A DNA stretch of 64,000 nt from Sulfurovum sp. FS08-3 (lineage in GTDB: Bacteria > Campylobacterota > Campylobacteria > Campylobacterales > Sulfurovaceae), in assembly GCA_000830175.1 (NCBI GenBank), contig JQIS01000050.1:4578-68577 (forward strand), read 5' to 3'. The position numbers and the translations under genes are program-made. The notes under the pieces are model-generated. The model ran no database searches, was not told the origin of the DNA, and worked only from the letters and a program-made list of their open reading frames with translations. This document shows, one piece after another, positions 49,081 to 58,043 of the stretch. How positions within the stretch are numbered: the first letter of the stretch is position 1; the number at the start of each line of letters is the position of its first letter.

Positions 49081-49119
49081 GCCCCCAAAATAAAAGAGGA
49101 GGAGGGGGATTTTGGGGGC
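49081..49119 (-). terminator. terminator after the superoxide reductase gene (possibly bidirectional)
   Basis: GCCCCCAAAAT-N17-ATTTTGGGGGC, followed on the minus strand by TTTTATTTG. Confidence 0.7.
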
Positions 49120-49125
49120 GGGGGA

Positions 49126-49515
49126 TTAGTTTACGGTTACTTCTACGGGGTCTGATTCCCAAATACCGTGTTTGGTGCAGTAGCTGTGGGCTACAAGGTT
49201 CATCTTTTTGCCTGTTGCCAATACGTGGAATGTTACTTTGGCATGACCTTTGTGTTCGTCACCGCCTAGCATACCTGCCATGAAGTCGGCTTTTGCGACA
49301 AGTGTCTCACCGTTAAAAAGTGAAATACTTGCAATGTAGTGGTTCATATCATCGGGGTGTGTGTATTCTTTTCCGTTTTGTACGGTGACTTCAAACATCT
49401 CACCACCATTTACAGACTCTACAGTGTGAATAAATGGAGAGTGTCTATCAATATAATCTTTTTTGGCTTCTCTCTCTACGGTGTCGATATCGACATACTT
49501 ATTGATCTTTGGCAT
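49126..49515 (-). CDS. superoxide reductase (neelaredoxin-type desulfoferrodoxin Fe domain)
   Basis: Ligand pattern THPDDMNH ... SYCTKHG, 129 aa. Confidence 0.75.
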   Translation of the reverse strand: MPKINKYVDIDTVEREAKKDYIDRHSPFIHTVESVNGGEMFEVTVQNGKEYTHPDDMNHYIASISLFNGETLVAKADFMAGMLGGDEHKGHAKVTFHVLATGKKMNLVAHSYCTKHGIWESDPVEVTVN

Positions 49516-49615
49516 TGTGTTCTCCTTAAGTTGTGTGTTTATATTCTATCAAAGCGATAGTTACAATCAAATTATAGCAAAAATTTTTTTAATTAGGATA
49601 AAATAACTCTTATTT

Positions 49616-49999
49616 TTACAATATTTTTGGATTGAGAGGGGTGTTGCGTCTAATGGTATGAAGCTGGGGTTCATGCTCAATCATATTTTCTATAAGGTCA
49701 TAATCGTTGAACATCGAGTGGTTTTCAAAGATATAGTAGCCAATGGTGAGCTTTTTTGTGAATTTGATGGCGTATTTCTCTTCAAGCGAAGCAATATCGA
49801 CCTTTGTATCGTCGTTAAATTTCACAATCAAACCCAAATTTTCTTCATGGGAACGGTAGCGGGTATTGGGAACGGCGATTTTTTTGACTACACCCTCTTG
49901 TTTGGTGAGTTTGAGCGTGAACGTTGTGTTGTCTTCTTTGATTTTGTGGGCGTTAAGCAAGAGTGAACAAGCAAACAAAAGAGCGAAAAATTTAAACAT
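49616..49999 (-). CDS. secreted hypothetical protein
   Basis: Signal peptide MFKFFALLFACSLLLNA. Confidence 0.5.
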   Translation of the reverse strand: MFKFFALLFACSLLLNAHKIKEDNTTFTLKLTKQEGVVKKIAVPNTRYRSHEENLGLIVKFNDDTKVDIASLEEKYAIKFTKKLTIGYYIFENHSMFNDYDLIENMIEHEPQLHTIRRNTPLNPKIL

Positions 50000-50209
50000 G
50001 GGCGACTTCCTAACAATTTAATGGCTCAAATTATAGCCACTTTTTCCCCAATTCAAGCGATATTTTGGGGAAAATTAGGCTTTTGGTGGGGTTTGTTTCT
50101 AGCCTTTTGAAGTTTTTTGCGTCATTTTAAACGCAAGTGAAGCAAACTTAAGCTTTATAAAATTTACTGTTTTGGGTATAATTCATCAAATCAAACAGAG
50201 GAGATTTAT

Positions 50210-50443
50210 ATGCAAACGATAGAGTTAAATGTGGATGATAGATTTTACAATGATATTGTAAAAAGTGGCATAGATTTGCAACATGAACTCAAAAAAATGC
50301 TAAAAAGAGCCATTTATAAAAAAGAACACACAATAGCGGATGAAATCAAGCAAGGTTTGAGCCAAATCGAACATTTCAAACAAGGCAAAATAGAGCTTCA
50401 AGATGCAAATAATTTTCTTGGTGAATTAAAAAGTGCACATTAA
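50210..50443 (+). CDS. putative antitoxin
   Basis: 77-aa ORF with GAGGAG RBS; overlaps the RelE/ParE-like toxin gene by 11 nt. Confidence 0.5.
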   Translation: MQTIELNVDDRFYNDIVKSGIDLQHELKKMLKRAIYKKEHTIADEIKQGLSQIEHFKQGKIELQDANNFLGELKSAH

Positions 50444-50756
50444 AACCACCTCAATATTCACTAAAAGTTTCAAAAAACTTTTCAAAAAAGACAAAAATCT
50501 TCTCAAAGAGTATGAAAACCTTTTAAATGACTTGGTTGCAAATCCAAATTTGGGAACGCATATATCAAATGGTATCTATAAAATCAGACTTCAAAACAAA
50601 TCAAACAACAAAGGAAAAAGTGCTGGTTATAGAGTAATTAGCTACACAAAATTGGAAGATACGATTTTGCTTGTGCATATTTACTCGAAAAGTGATAGCG
50701 AAAATATCAAAGAAGAGATTATTTTTGATATTGTAAATGAGTTTTTAAACTCTTGA
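50433..50756 (+). CDS. RelE/ParE-superfamily toxin
   Basis: KGKSAGYRVISY....ILLVHIYSKSDSENI pattern typical of the family; GTG start. Confidence 0.7.
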   Translation: MHIKTTSIFTKSFKKLFKKDKNLLKEYENLLNDLVANPNLGTHISNGIYKIRLQNKSNNKGKSAGYRVISYTKLEDTILLVHIYSKSDSENIKEEIIFDIVNEFLNS

Positions 50757-51133
50757 TGAAAATAAAAATGATAAAAGATTTAGAATACTATACGGCATTG
50801 GATTACGATATAGCCGTGAGAGCTTTGGATGAAAGCGAGGGGGGTGGATTTTTGGCTTATTATGTTGATATGCCCTTTCTAATGGGTGATGGAGAGACAA
50901 AAGAGGAGGCTATCAAAGATGTCAAAAGTGCCTTTGAAGTGTATGTTGCATCAGCTCTCAAACACAACGATAGGATAGTAGAACCCAAACATCAAACGAT
51001 GGCCAAGAGACTCAATATCACTCTTCCAAATTATTTATTGGAAAAAATTGATGCTTACACCAAAAACCACAATATCACACGAAGTGCATTTATCCAACAA
51101 GCCTCAAAACAACTCTTGCAAATGCAATCTTAA
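50753..51133 (+). CDS. HicB-family antitoxin with a C-terminal ribbon-helix-helix
   Basis: DLEYYTALDYDIAV..GGFLAYYVDMP HicB fold pattern; RLNITLPNYLLEKID RHH; 4-nt overlap with the toxin gene. Confidence 0.65.
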   Translation: MMKIKMIKDLEYYTALDYDIAVRALDESEGGGFLAYYVDMPFLMGDGETKEEAIKDVKSAFEVYVASALKHNDRIVEPKHQTMAKRLNITLPNYLLEKIDAYTKNHNITRSAFIQQASKQLLQMQS

Positions 51134-51269
51134 AAGTTTGATAAAAAAATTTGATGATACTATGGATAACTATTATAAATTATCTATAGACGAAAGCCAA
51201 TAAGATTATTAAACTAGCAACAGCTTTTGAGATTTGTGGGTGGGTGTATCCTGCAAATTTTAAAACTTT

Positions 51270-52058
51270 TTATAGATGGTGTGGAGTTGGTTTAGGGCTA
51301 TCTTTATGAACATACCGCCCCAAAACGTAGTCGTTTTTGAAAAATCGCTCGATAAAGGGGTGTTGGGTGGCGAGTACCTCCTTTAGAGTTCCTTGTGCTA
51401 CGACCTTTTTGTCTGCCAAAATCGAAAATCTATCGATGATGGAAAAGATAGAGTCAAGGTCATGGGTGATAATCACAATGGTAATATCAAGCAAATTGCG
51501 TAACTCTACAATCAATTTATCAAAATCTCTAGCCCCAATGGGATCAAGCCCAGAGGTTGGTTCATCCAAAAAGAGCAGTTTGGGATCCATTGCCAAAGCT
51601 CTTGCAAGGGCGACACGCTTGATCATCCCTCCGCTAAGCTGTGCGGGATAGAGAGAGGCTACATCGGGAGAGAGTCCTACCATATTGAGTTTGGTTGCTA
51701 CGATTTGATTGATGAGTTTTTGAGGGGTTTGGGTGTATTCAGAGATAGCAATAGCGATATTTTGAGCCACATTGAGCGAGGAGTACAACGCTCCAAATTG
51801 AAAGAGTATCCCCCATTTTTGACGCAATGCTTGAGCCTCTTGATAGGTGATGGTGTTGAGATTGTAGCCTAGTACCTCTATCTCACCGCTTGTGGGTTGA
51901 AGCAACATAATCATCTCTTGAATAAGTAGCGTTTTACCCGCACCGCTCTCTCCGAGTATCCCGTAAATTTCTCCCGCTTCGATGGTTAGATTGATACCAT
52001 CATGTATCACTTTTTCTCCAAAACTTGTGACGATATTTCGCATTGATACTACGCTCAT
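51270..52058 (-). CDS. ABC transporter ATP-binding protein (MlaF-like)
   Basis: Walker A GESGAGKT, LSGGM, Walker B LLFLDEPTSGLD. Confidence 0.85.
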   Translation of the reverse strand: MSVVSMRNIVTSFGEKVIHDGINLTIEAGEIYGILGESGAGKTLLIQEMIMLLQPTSGEIEVLGYNLNTITYQEAQALRQKWGILFQFGALYSSLNVAQNIAIAISEYTQTPQKLINQIVATKLNMVGLSPDVASLYPAQLSGGMIKRVALARALAMDPKLLFLDEPTSGLDPIGARDFDKLIVELRNLLDITIVIITHDLDSIFSIIDRFSILADKKVVAQGTLKEVLATQHPFIERFFKNDYVLGRYVHKDSPKPTPHHL

Positions 52059-53164
52059 ATCCCCAGTCCTGTAAAAAATATCGAAAAGAGTGCATCGCAG
52101 ACAATCACAAAAAAGATGGAATTAACCACGCTTTTGGTGGTGTAGTATCCTATGCTTTGGGTATTGGATGAGACTTGAAATCCTCTATAGGTGCTAATAA
52201 TGGCAATAATAACCGCAAAAAAGGGAGCTTTGAGGATGCCTATGAGATAGTGTGTGGGCGAAAGTGCACTTTGGAGTCGGTGAATGAACTGCTCAAAAGA
52301 GATACCCAGTTCCAAATTGGCTACCACCATACCTCCAAAAATCCCCACAATATCAGCAAAAAAGATAAGCAAAGGCATAGCGACAATCAGAGCAAATATG
52401 CGAGGAAGTACCAAAAAGTAGTAGGGGTCAAATCCCATGGTTTTCATCGCATTAATCTCTTGTGTAATCTTCATCGCTCCAATTTGAGCCGTATAGGATG
52501 AGCCGCTTCGTCCAGCTATAACAATGGCGGTAATCATGGGGGCTAGTTCTCGTGTGATAGAGATTCCAATCATATCGACGATAAAAATATCGGCTCCAAA
52601 TTTCGCCAACTGCACCGCACTTTGATAAGCAATCACAAGCCCTACCAAAAAAGCCGTAAGGGCCACAATAGGCAAGGCGTTGATGCCTGAGATGTGAATG
52701 TAGTAGCTTATCTCTTTGAAGCGTATTTTGCTAGGCGATAGGAGGGATTGCCCAAAAGCCATAGTTGTTTGCCCCAAAAACTCCAATAGCTCTTTGCCCC
52801 CCTCTAGGCTTTTGAGTGTGGCTTTGCCGATACGATGGAAGATATTGGGGGTTTTGATAGTAATGGTAGAGTTTTTGCTGTGGAGTTCAAGCAGTTTGTA
52901 CATTCGCTTTTGTTTGTCGTTGTAGCCAATAATCTCTACGGTGTGTTTTTGTTGAAAGGTGTGGTAGTATTGACGAAAGAGTATCACACCTGCACTATCA
53001 AAGCTCTCGATACCGCTCACATCCCACACGATAGAGCGATTGTTTATCTTTTTGAGTAGCTCACTTAGCTCTTTGTCTATGGCTTTGAGATGGTAGATGT
53101 TCCAATGGTTGATGGAATGTAGCGTAATAGAGCGGTCGTTTTGGGTAATGGATAGATAGGTCAT
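52055..53164 (-). CDS. MlaE-family ABC permease with an N-terminal STAS-like extension
   Basis: Polytopic C-terminal 250 aa; 4-nt overlap with the ATPase gene. Confidence 0.75.
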   Translation of the reverse strand: MTYLSITQNDRSITLHSINHWNIYHLKAIDKELSELLKKINNRSIVWDVSGIESFDSAGVILFRQYYHTFQQKHTVEIIGYNDKQKRMYKLLELHSKNSTITIKTPNIFHRIGKATLKSLEGGKELLEFLGQTTMAFGQSLLSPSKIRFKEISYYIHISGINALPIVALTAFLVGLVIAYQSAVQLAKFGADIFIVDMIGISITRELAPMITAIVIAGRSGSSYTAQIGAMKITQEINAMKTMGFDPYYFLVLPRIFALIVAMPLLIFFADIVGIFGGMVVANLELGISFEQFIHRLQSALSPTHYLIGILKAPFFAVIIAIISTYRGFQVSSNTQSIGYYTTKSVVNSIFFVIVCDALFSIFFTGLGI

Positions 53165-53188
53165 GAGTTGCCTCTCTCTAATTTGTTG

Positions 53189-53566
53189 TTAAATATACTC
53201 AATATCTCTCATAGGGTAGTGTTTTTTATTATTTGTCCAAAGCTTCATGCTGTTTATTTTGGCTGATGCGGCAATCATATAATCTTCTAGTGAGATTTTA
53301 TTGAAAGCTTTACTGTATTGATTGGTATAGAGTCCTGCTTGTATGCCTGTTTGTTTGCATATGTCTATATTTGTTAAACGATTAAAAAAATCCTCTATAG
53401 TCTTATATTCTTTTTTGAATGCACCTGCGTATATCTCGGCTACTACAATAGGGTTGTAGTAAAATGTTGTGTTGTTGTTATAGAGATTTAAAAAAGCATC
53501 AACAAAGTATCCATCTTTTTTAAGTAGATTGATAATTATATCGGTATCAAGCATGACTCTATTCAT
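53189..53566 (-). CDS. PIN-domain toxin (VapC-like)
   Basis: MLDTDIIINLLK N-terminus with the conserved acidic residue; 125 aa. Confidence 0.7.
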   Translation of the reverse strand: MNRVMLDTDIIINLLKKDGYFVDAFLNLYNNNTTFYYNPIVVAEIYAGAFKKEYKTIEDFFNRLTNIDICKQTGIQAGLYTNQYSKAFNKISLEDYMIAASAKINSMKLWTNNKKHYPMRDIEYI

Positions 53567-53804
53567 TTATTATCCTGCTGTTGGCTCTTAGGTTATCAAC
53601 GTATTGGATACTATCTCTATTTTCAAAACTCTTTAGAGGCTTCATGTTGTCAAAAAAAGCATTCATATCCTCTTTTTTATCACGTTTCAATTCATTATTT
53701 ATCGCTTTTTGGACAAATTCGGATACACTTATATTTAAAGATTTGGATATATCTTCTATTTTTGAAAAAATATCATTATCAATAGCTATATGTCTTTGAT
53801 ACAT
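53559..53804 (-). CDS. VapB-like antitoxin
   Basis: Small ORF overlapping vapC by 8 nt; ATG 53804 preferred over TTG 53843. Confidence 0.55.
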   Translation of the reverse strand: MYQRHIAIDNDIFSKIEDISKSLNISVSEFVQKAINNELKRDKKEDMNAFFDNMKPLKSFENRDSIQYVDNLRANSRIINE

Positions 53805-53842
53805 TTGTAATCCTTTTAAGTTCTTAAAATACAATTTAAACA

Positions 53843-53999
53843 ATTATATCCAAATTTCCATTATCGGTTTTGTATTGTTTATCTTTTTGAGTAGCTCACT
53901 TAGCTCTTTGTCTATGGCTTTGAGATGGTAGATGTTCCAATGGTTGATGGAGTGTAGAGTAATAGAGCGGTCGTTTTGGGTAATGGATAGATAGGTCAT
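53843..53999 (-). repeat. junction duplication: 32-bp copy of the acpS 3' end/downstream fused to a 126-bp copy of the mlaE 5' end
   Basis: 53843-53874 equals 55393-55424. 53874-53999 equals 53039-53164 with 2 mismatches. Confidence 0.9.
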
Positions 54000-54412
54000 T
54001 GTTGGATGTATTCTTGAATTTGTTGAACAAAAATGCCAAAATCATCAATCAAATCTAAAAAATCATAGAGTTTTTTCATATCAATAGCGATGTATTCATG
54101 GATTAAGATGTTTTTTGGTCCTATAATTTGTATCAATTTATCATGTAGAGATTGATTGATGTAATGTGATTGTTTTAATAAAACAATACACTCTCCATAG
54201 CTTTTTGGATTGCCTAAATTGTATCGATTGACAAGATGACATGAGATGTCGATAATAATTTGAATACTCTCAAAGAGTCCGTATCGCAAAGACCACTCAT
54301 TAAACTTATCATTTTCTAGGTCTTGAAATGTAATAGTAGATTTATACTCTTTGAGTTTTGCAATGTTGTTTTCAAGTACTTCCAAGCGTTCAAGCATAAT
54401 TTCTCTCTCCAA
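53996..54412 (-). CDS. HepT-like (DUF86) toxin
   Basis: KNILIHEY (Rx4HxY-type motif with K for R), 138 aa, overlaps the nucleotidyltransferase gene. Confidence 0.65.
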   Translation of the reverse strand: MEREIMLERLEVLENNIAKLKEYKSTITFQDLENDKFNEWSLRYGLFESIQIIIDISCHLVNRYNLGNPKSYGECIVLLKQSHYINQSLHDKLIQIIGPKNILIHEYIAIDMKKLYDFLDLIDDFGIFVQQIQEYIQQ

Positions 54413-54812
54413 AGAATCCAGACTCTATACGACGTTTGAGACTTTCATTGCTTTGTTGTATCAATGGATAGGTATCAAAGTAGTAGAGCATCGAGTTGGT
54501 TTTGAAGTCTATATAAGCATTTTCATCTACAATTGTTATAGGTATATGGTTGGTTGTAATATTATAAGCCAAGAGCGGATGCGTTTTGTAAAGGTGATTG
54601 AGAGTATTGATTTCAATCTTTTTATGCAATTGCATTTCCAAATAAGTCGTATATCCACCCATTTCAAGCACCGAAGAGGGAGTTTTAAAATGAATGGCTA
54701 TATCAATATCACTCATAGGAGTCGCTTTTGCCTGTGCATAGGAGCCATAAAGCAACACAAAATCAATAGTGGATAACTTATCACTAAAATATGCCTCAAT
54801 AGTATCTATCAT
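54390..54812 (-). CDS. MNT-type nucleotidyltransferase antitoxin
   Basis: LLYGSYAQAKATPMSDIDIAI (GSx10-ish SDxD) motif. Confidence 0.7.
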   Translation of the reverse strand: MIDTIEAYFSDKLSTIDFVLLYGSYAQAKATPMSDIDIAIHFKTPSSVLEMGGYTTYLEMQLHKKIEINTLNHLYKTHPLLAYNITTNHIPITIVDENAYIDFKTNSMLYYFDTYPLIQQSNESLKRRIESGFFGERNYA

Positions 54813-54876
54813 CTTTTTCTCCTTTGGAAATTATAGCATATTAGTTTTGTACAATCACCACTAAAACATCCTCTCT

Positions 54877-55152
54877 TTATTCCCACAAATTTTGATTAAA
54901 AATACCAAGTATGATAATTTTTTGCTTTTTGTTATCAATTTCAAATGGGATAGTGTATCCTTTATATATAAGTTCTCGTACGTTTTTATCTATAGCATTT
55001 TCTTTTTTTCTGTAAGCATAAGGATTGTTTGGGATGTTTTCTATTTTATCTATCACTTCATCAAAAAATTTCAATGCTCGTAGGGGGCTATCTTTGGCGA
55101 TGAATTGAACAATAACATCAAATTCTAAATCAAATCTAACAGATTGTTCCAA
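54877..55152 (-). CDS. ParE/RelE-family toxin
   Basis: 91 aa; ..YRKKE...RELIYKGYTIPFEI....IIILGIF pattern. Confidence 0.6.
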   Translation of the reverse strand: MEQSVRFDLEFDVIVQFIAKDSPLRALKFFDEVIDKIENIPNNPYAYRKKENAIDKNVRELIYKGYTIPFEIDNKKQKIIILGIFNQNLWE

Positions 55153-55154
55153 AG

Positions 55155-55364
55155 TTAAAGTCTCGATACTAAATCCTCTCGAATTTTGTCAAGTCCCGTA
55201 CCAAAAGGTAGAGTTTGCATTTTGCCGTCTCTATACTCCTCGACTCTTTTATTGACCTCTTCATCCAGTGATTTTTTTATCACCACAGCATCGTTGGGTA
55301 AACTTTTCATCAGTTTATCGAACTGCTCTAAATACTGATCTTTTATACATATTTGCATGGTCAT
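55155..55364 (-). CDS. putative antitoxin
   Basis: 69-aa ORF 2 nt upstream of the ParE-like gene. Confidence 0.5.
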   Translation of the reverse strand: MTMQICIKDQYLEQFDKLMKSLPNDAVVIKKSLDEEVNKRVEEYRDGKMQTLPFGTGLDKIREDLVSRL

Positions 55365-55410
55365 GTGATTGTGCCTTTTGAATTGATTTTATATTATATC
55401 CAAATTTCCA

Positions 55411-55770
55411 TTATCGGTTTTGTACAATCACCACCACGGCAATAGCAAATCCGCCATCGTGGCTAATGGAGAGCGATGAGGTTTGGATAGAGTGGAGCAA
55501 TTGGGCTTTTGGGCTTAATCGAAAGTGCGGGGCATTTTTGGCATCTTTGTAGATTTCAATGTCGTGAAAAGCCAACTCACTCCCAATCCCACACCCCAAA
55601 GCTTTGGCAATAGCCTCTTTAGCAGCCCAATACCCAGCAAGAGAAGCGGGTTTTTGCGAAAGCATGGCTATTTCGCTATCATTTAAAAAACGTTGGGTAT
55701 AGCGTGTACCAAATCTCTCCAAAGCTCTCTGGATACGCTCAATAGCGACTATATCGGTGCCTATTTTCAT
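55411..55770 (-). CDS. acpS: holo-[acyl-carrier-protein] synthase
   Basis: MKIGTDIVAIERI N-terminus, AAKEAIAKALG motif, 119 aa. Confidence 0.9.
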   Translation of the reverse strand: MKIGTDIVAIERIQRALERFGTRYTQRFLNDSEIAMLSQKPASLAGYWAAKEAIAKALGCGIGSELAFHDIEIYKDAKNAPHFRLSPKAQLLHSIQTSSLSISHDGGFAIAVVVIVQNR

Positions 55771-55779
55771 TTTTGCTCT

Positions 55780-56436
55780 TTAGGGCTTATCAATCATATA
55801 CCCCATTCCTCGGATGTTGAGTATCAAATGCTCTTTGAGCATCTTTTTGAGGCGGTTGATTTCGGCTCTTATGGTGGCGTTATCGACGATTTGTGCCTCC
55901 CAAACGTAGATGCGAAATTGCTCAAAATCGACGACTCGTCCACGATTACGAGCCAAAAGATCAATAATTTGGTGTTGGCGTTTGGTGAGGGTTTGAGGCT
56001 CATCGTTGAAAAGCAAGGTGGAGTGTTCTTGATCGTAGCTGTAGTTTGTGGAGAGTCTTAGGTGTACTCTTGGGGTATCTTTGGGGATAATAATCCTATC
56101 AATACGCAAAAGCAACTCTTTGAGATGAAAAGGCTTTTTGAGATAGTCGTAGCAACCCAATGTGTAAGCCCGTGAAATATCCTCTATATCGACCAATGCA
56201 CTAATATAAATCGTGGGTGTATAGACTTTGAGTCCATGAACCATCTCAAGCAAAGAGAGTCCATCGATTTGGGGTACGTTGATATCCAAAATAAGCAAAT
56301 CGTAACGACTCTCTTTGAGGGCTTCAAACGCCTCCAAACCGTTTACAAAACTCTCCACTTTGTGTCCTTGAGCGATAAGAAAGTCGCTAATGGAGTCATT
56401 GAGCATCAGTTCATCTTCGAGTAGGAGTATCTTCAT
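55780..56436 (-). CDS. OmpR/PhoB-family response regulator
   Basis: Receiver MKILLLEDE..LLILDINVP plus a winged-helix C-terminus. Confidence 0.88.
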   Translation of the reverse strand: MKILLLEDELMLNDSISDFLIAQGHKVESFVNGLEAFEALKESRYDLLILDINVPQIDGLSLLEMVHGLKVYTPTIYISALVDIEDISRAYTLGCYDYLKKPFHLKELLLRIDRIIIPKDTPRVHLRLSTNYSYDQEHSTLLFNDEPQTLTKRQHQIIDLLARNRGRVVDFEQFRIYVWEAQIVDNATIRAEINRLKKMLKEHLILNIRGMGYMIDKP

Positions 56437-56520
56437 CTATCACGGCTTTGCACAAGAGTCTCTTTTTGGGTTGATTATACTCAAAATAGTGCAGGGTGTC
56501 AATACGGTTATGGGCATGGA

Positions 56521-57954
56521 TTAGTCCCCCATCATCTTAAAACGATACCCAAAAGCAGTCATCTCTTGCGTTGTGTCGATGGTGATAGCCACATCCTCCT
56601 CATCGCAGATACTTTTAACCAATCTTAAACCAATCCCAAATCCCTCTTGAGTCTTCTCCTCACGATAAAAAGCATCAAAAATGCGTCGCTTATCTTTTAT
56701 CTCTTTGGAACAACTCGCAATGAGCAGTTCAATGTGACTCCCCACAATCTTAAGAGTGATATAGATAGGATTTTTGGGCAAGGTGTATTTGATAGCGTTG
56801 GTGAGGGTATTATCGACAATGCGTTGCAATTTGGTTTTGTTGAAATAGATAAAAAACTTCTCCTCTTTGGAGTAGGAGTATTCAAACTCCAAAGCGTTCA
56901 TGGTGGCGACTAAGGAGAAAAAATCGATACGAGAACTCACAAATTGCTCCAAATCAATCACCTTTTTGGGGTACTCAATTTGATTTTTTTTGACCAAATA
57001 GCTCAAATCGTCGTAGATACTAAAGATATTTTTGGTTGCCGCTTCGATTTTGGAAAGCTCTTTGGATTTCTCTCCTTGCATCTCAAGTATCTCTATGCTT
57101 GTGAGAATCACACTCAAAGGAGTATTAGTCTCATGGACGGTATAGCGTAAAAACTCCTTTTGGTTGTTGAGGATTTTTTCTGAGAACTCTTTTTCCTCTT
57201 GGAGTTTGGCAATCTTTTGGCGAACTTTGTCTTCTAGGCTAAGATTGAGTTGCGTAAGAGAGTTTTTTTGCCAATCAATAATATCAATCATCGCATTGGC
57301 ATGACCTACCATCAATTTAAAATCATCAAAAAAGATAGCGTGGGGGTTGATACGCTGTTTTTTGTGAGCCGATTGATTAAAAAAATCCAAAAATATCTCA
57401 ATATCACGCCGCAACAAAGAGCTAAAGATATTGTAAAATCCCAACACAATAGCAAAGAGAATAAAGGCAAGCGTGGCGATGTTTACCATGCTTTGGATAA
57501 TAATGGATTTGAGCTTGTAGCGGTTTTGCTCTTGGAGTTTGAGTATGGATGAAATATCTTTGATGATACGGATACGATCGCCCCTGTCGATGAGTTCATA
57601 CATCAAGGTGTTGCCCTTGCGTTGATAGCTTTGGGAGTTGGCTTTGGGGGTTTTGTCGATTGTGATGGTAATAGAGTTTTGTGCAAAAAGATTTTTGATT
57701 TTTTGCGTATCCTTGCAACGTAGATGTTTGATGACGTTATTGACTTGCGTGGCAATGGCACTCACCTCTTGAATGTGTTGATTTTCGACGGTATCTATCT
57801 TCTCTTGAAGTGTTTTTTGGTACTCGTAATACTTTTCTTTGATTAATAACGTAGCGAAAATAATAGTAAAAGCAAAGATAATAAGCATAGTAATAATGTT
57901 TGCTTTTTTAATCGTAATGGAACGGGGTTGTTTAAAAAGGTGAAAGATTTTCAT
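56521..57954 (-). CDS. sensor histidine kinase
   Basis: Two TM segments; H-box VHETNTPLSVI, NTLTNAIKYT, GFGIGLRLV. Confidence 0.85.
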   Translation of the reverse strand: MKIFHLFKQPRSITIKKANIITMLIIFAFTIIFATLLIKEKYYEYQKTLQEKIDTVENQHIQEVSAIATQVNNVIKHLRCKDTQKIKNLFAQNSITITIDKTPKANSQSYQRKGNTLMYELIDRGDRIRIIKDISSILKLQEQNRYKLKSIIIQSMVNIATLAFILFAIVLGFYNIFSSLLRRDIEIFLDFFNQSAHKKQRINPHAIFFDDFKLMVGHANAMIDIIDWQKNSLTQLNLSLEDKVRQKIAKLQEEKEFSEKILNNQKEFLRYTVHETNTPLSVILTSIEILEMQGEKSKELSKIEAATKNIFSIYDDLSYLVKKNQIEYPKKVIDLEQFVSSRIDFFSLVATMNALEFEYSYSKEEKFFIYFNKTKLQRIVDNTLTNAIKYTLPKNPIYITLKIVGSHIELLIASCSKEIKDKRRIFDAFYREEKTQEGFGIGLRLVKSICDEEDVAITIDTTQEMTAFGYRFKMMGD

Positions 57955-58043
57955 GAGTAGGATTATAGCACAATCATAAGTTTGAGAGTAGCATAAAGAG
58001 GTTATAATATCTTACATTTTATTACAATTTAGGACTTCAAAGA

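Noticed and set aside
49044-49283. 79-aa plus-strand ORF after ptuB
   Set aside because: It runs through the terminator hairpin and antisense to the superoxide reductase gene. It is Gly/Arg-rich and of low complexity.
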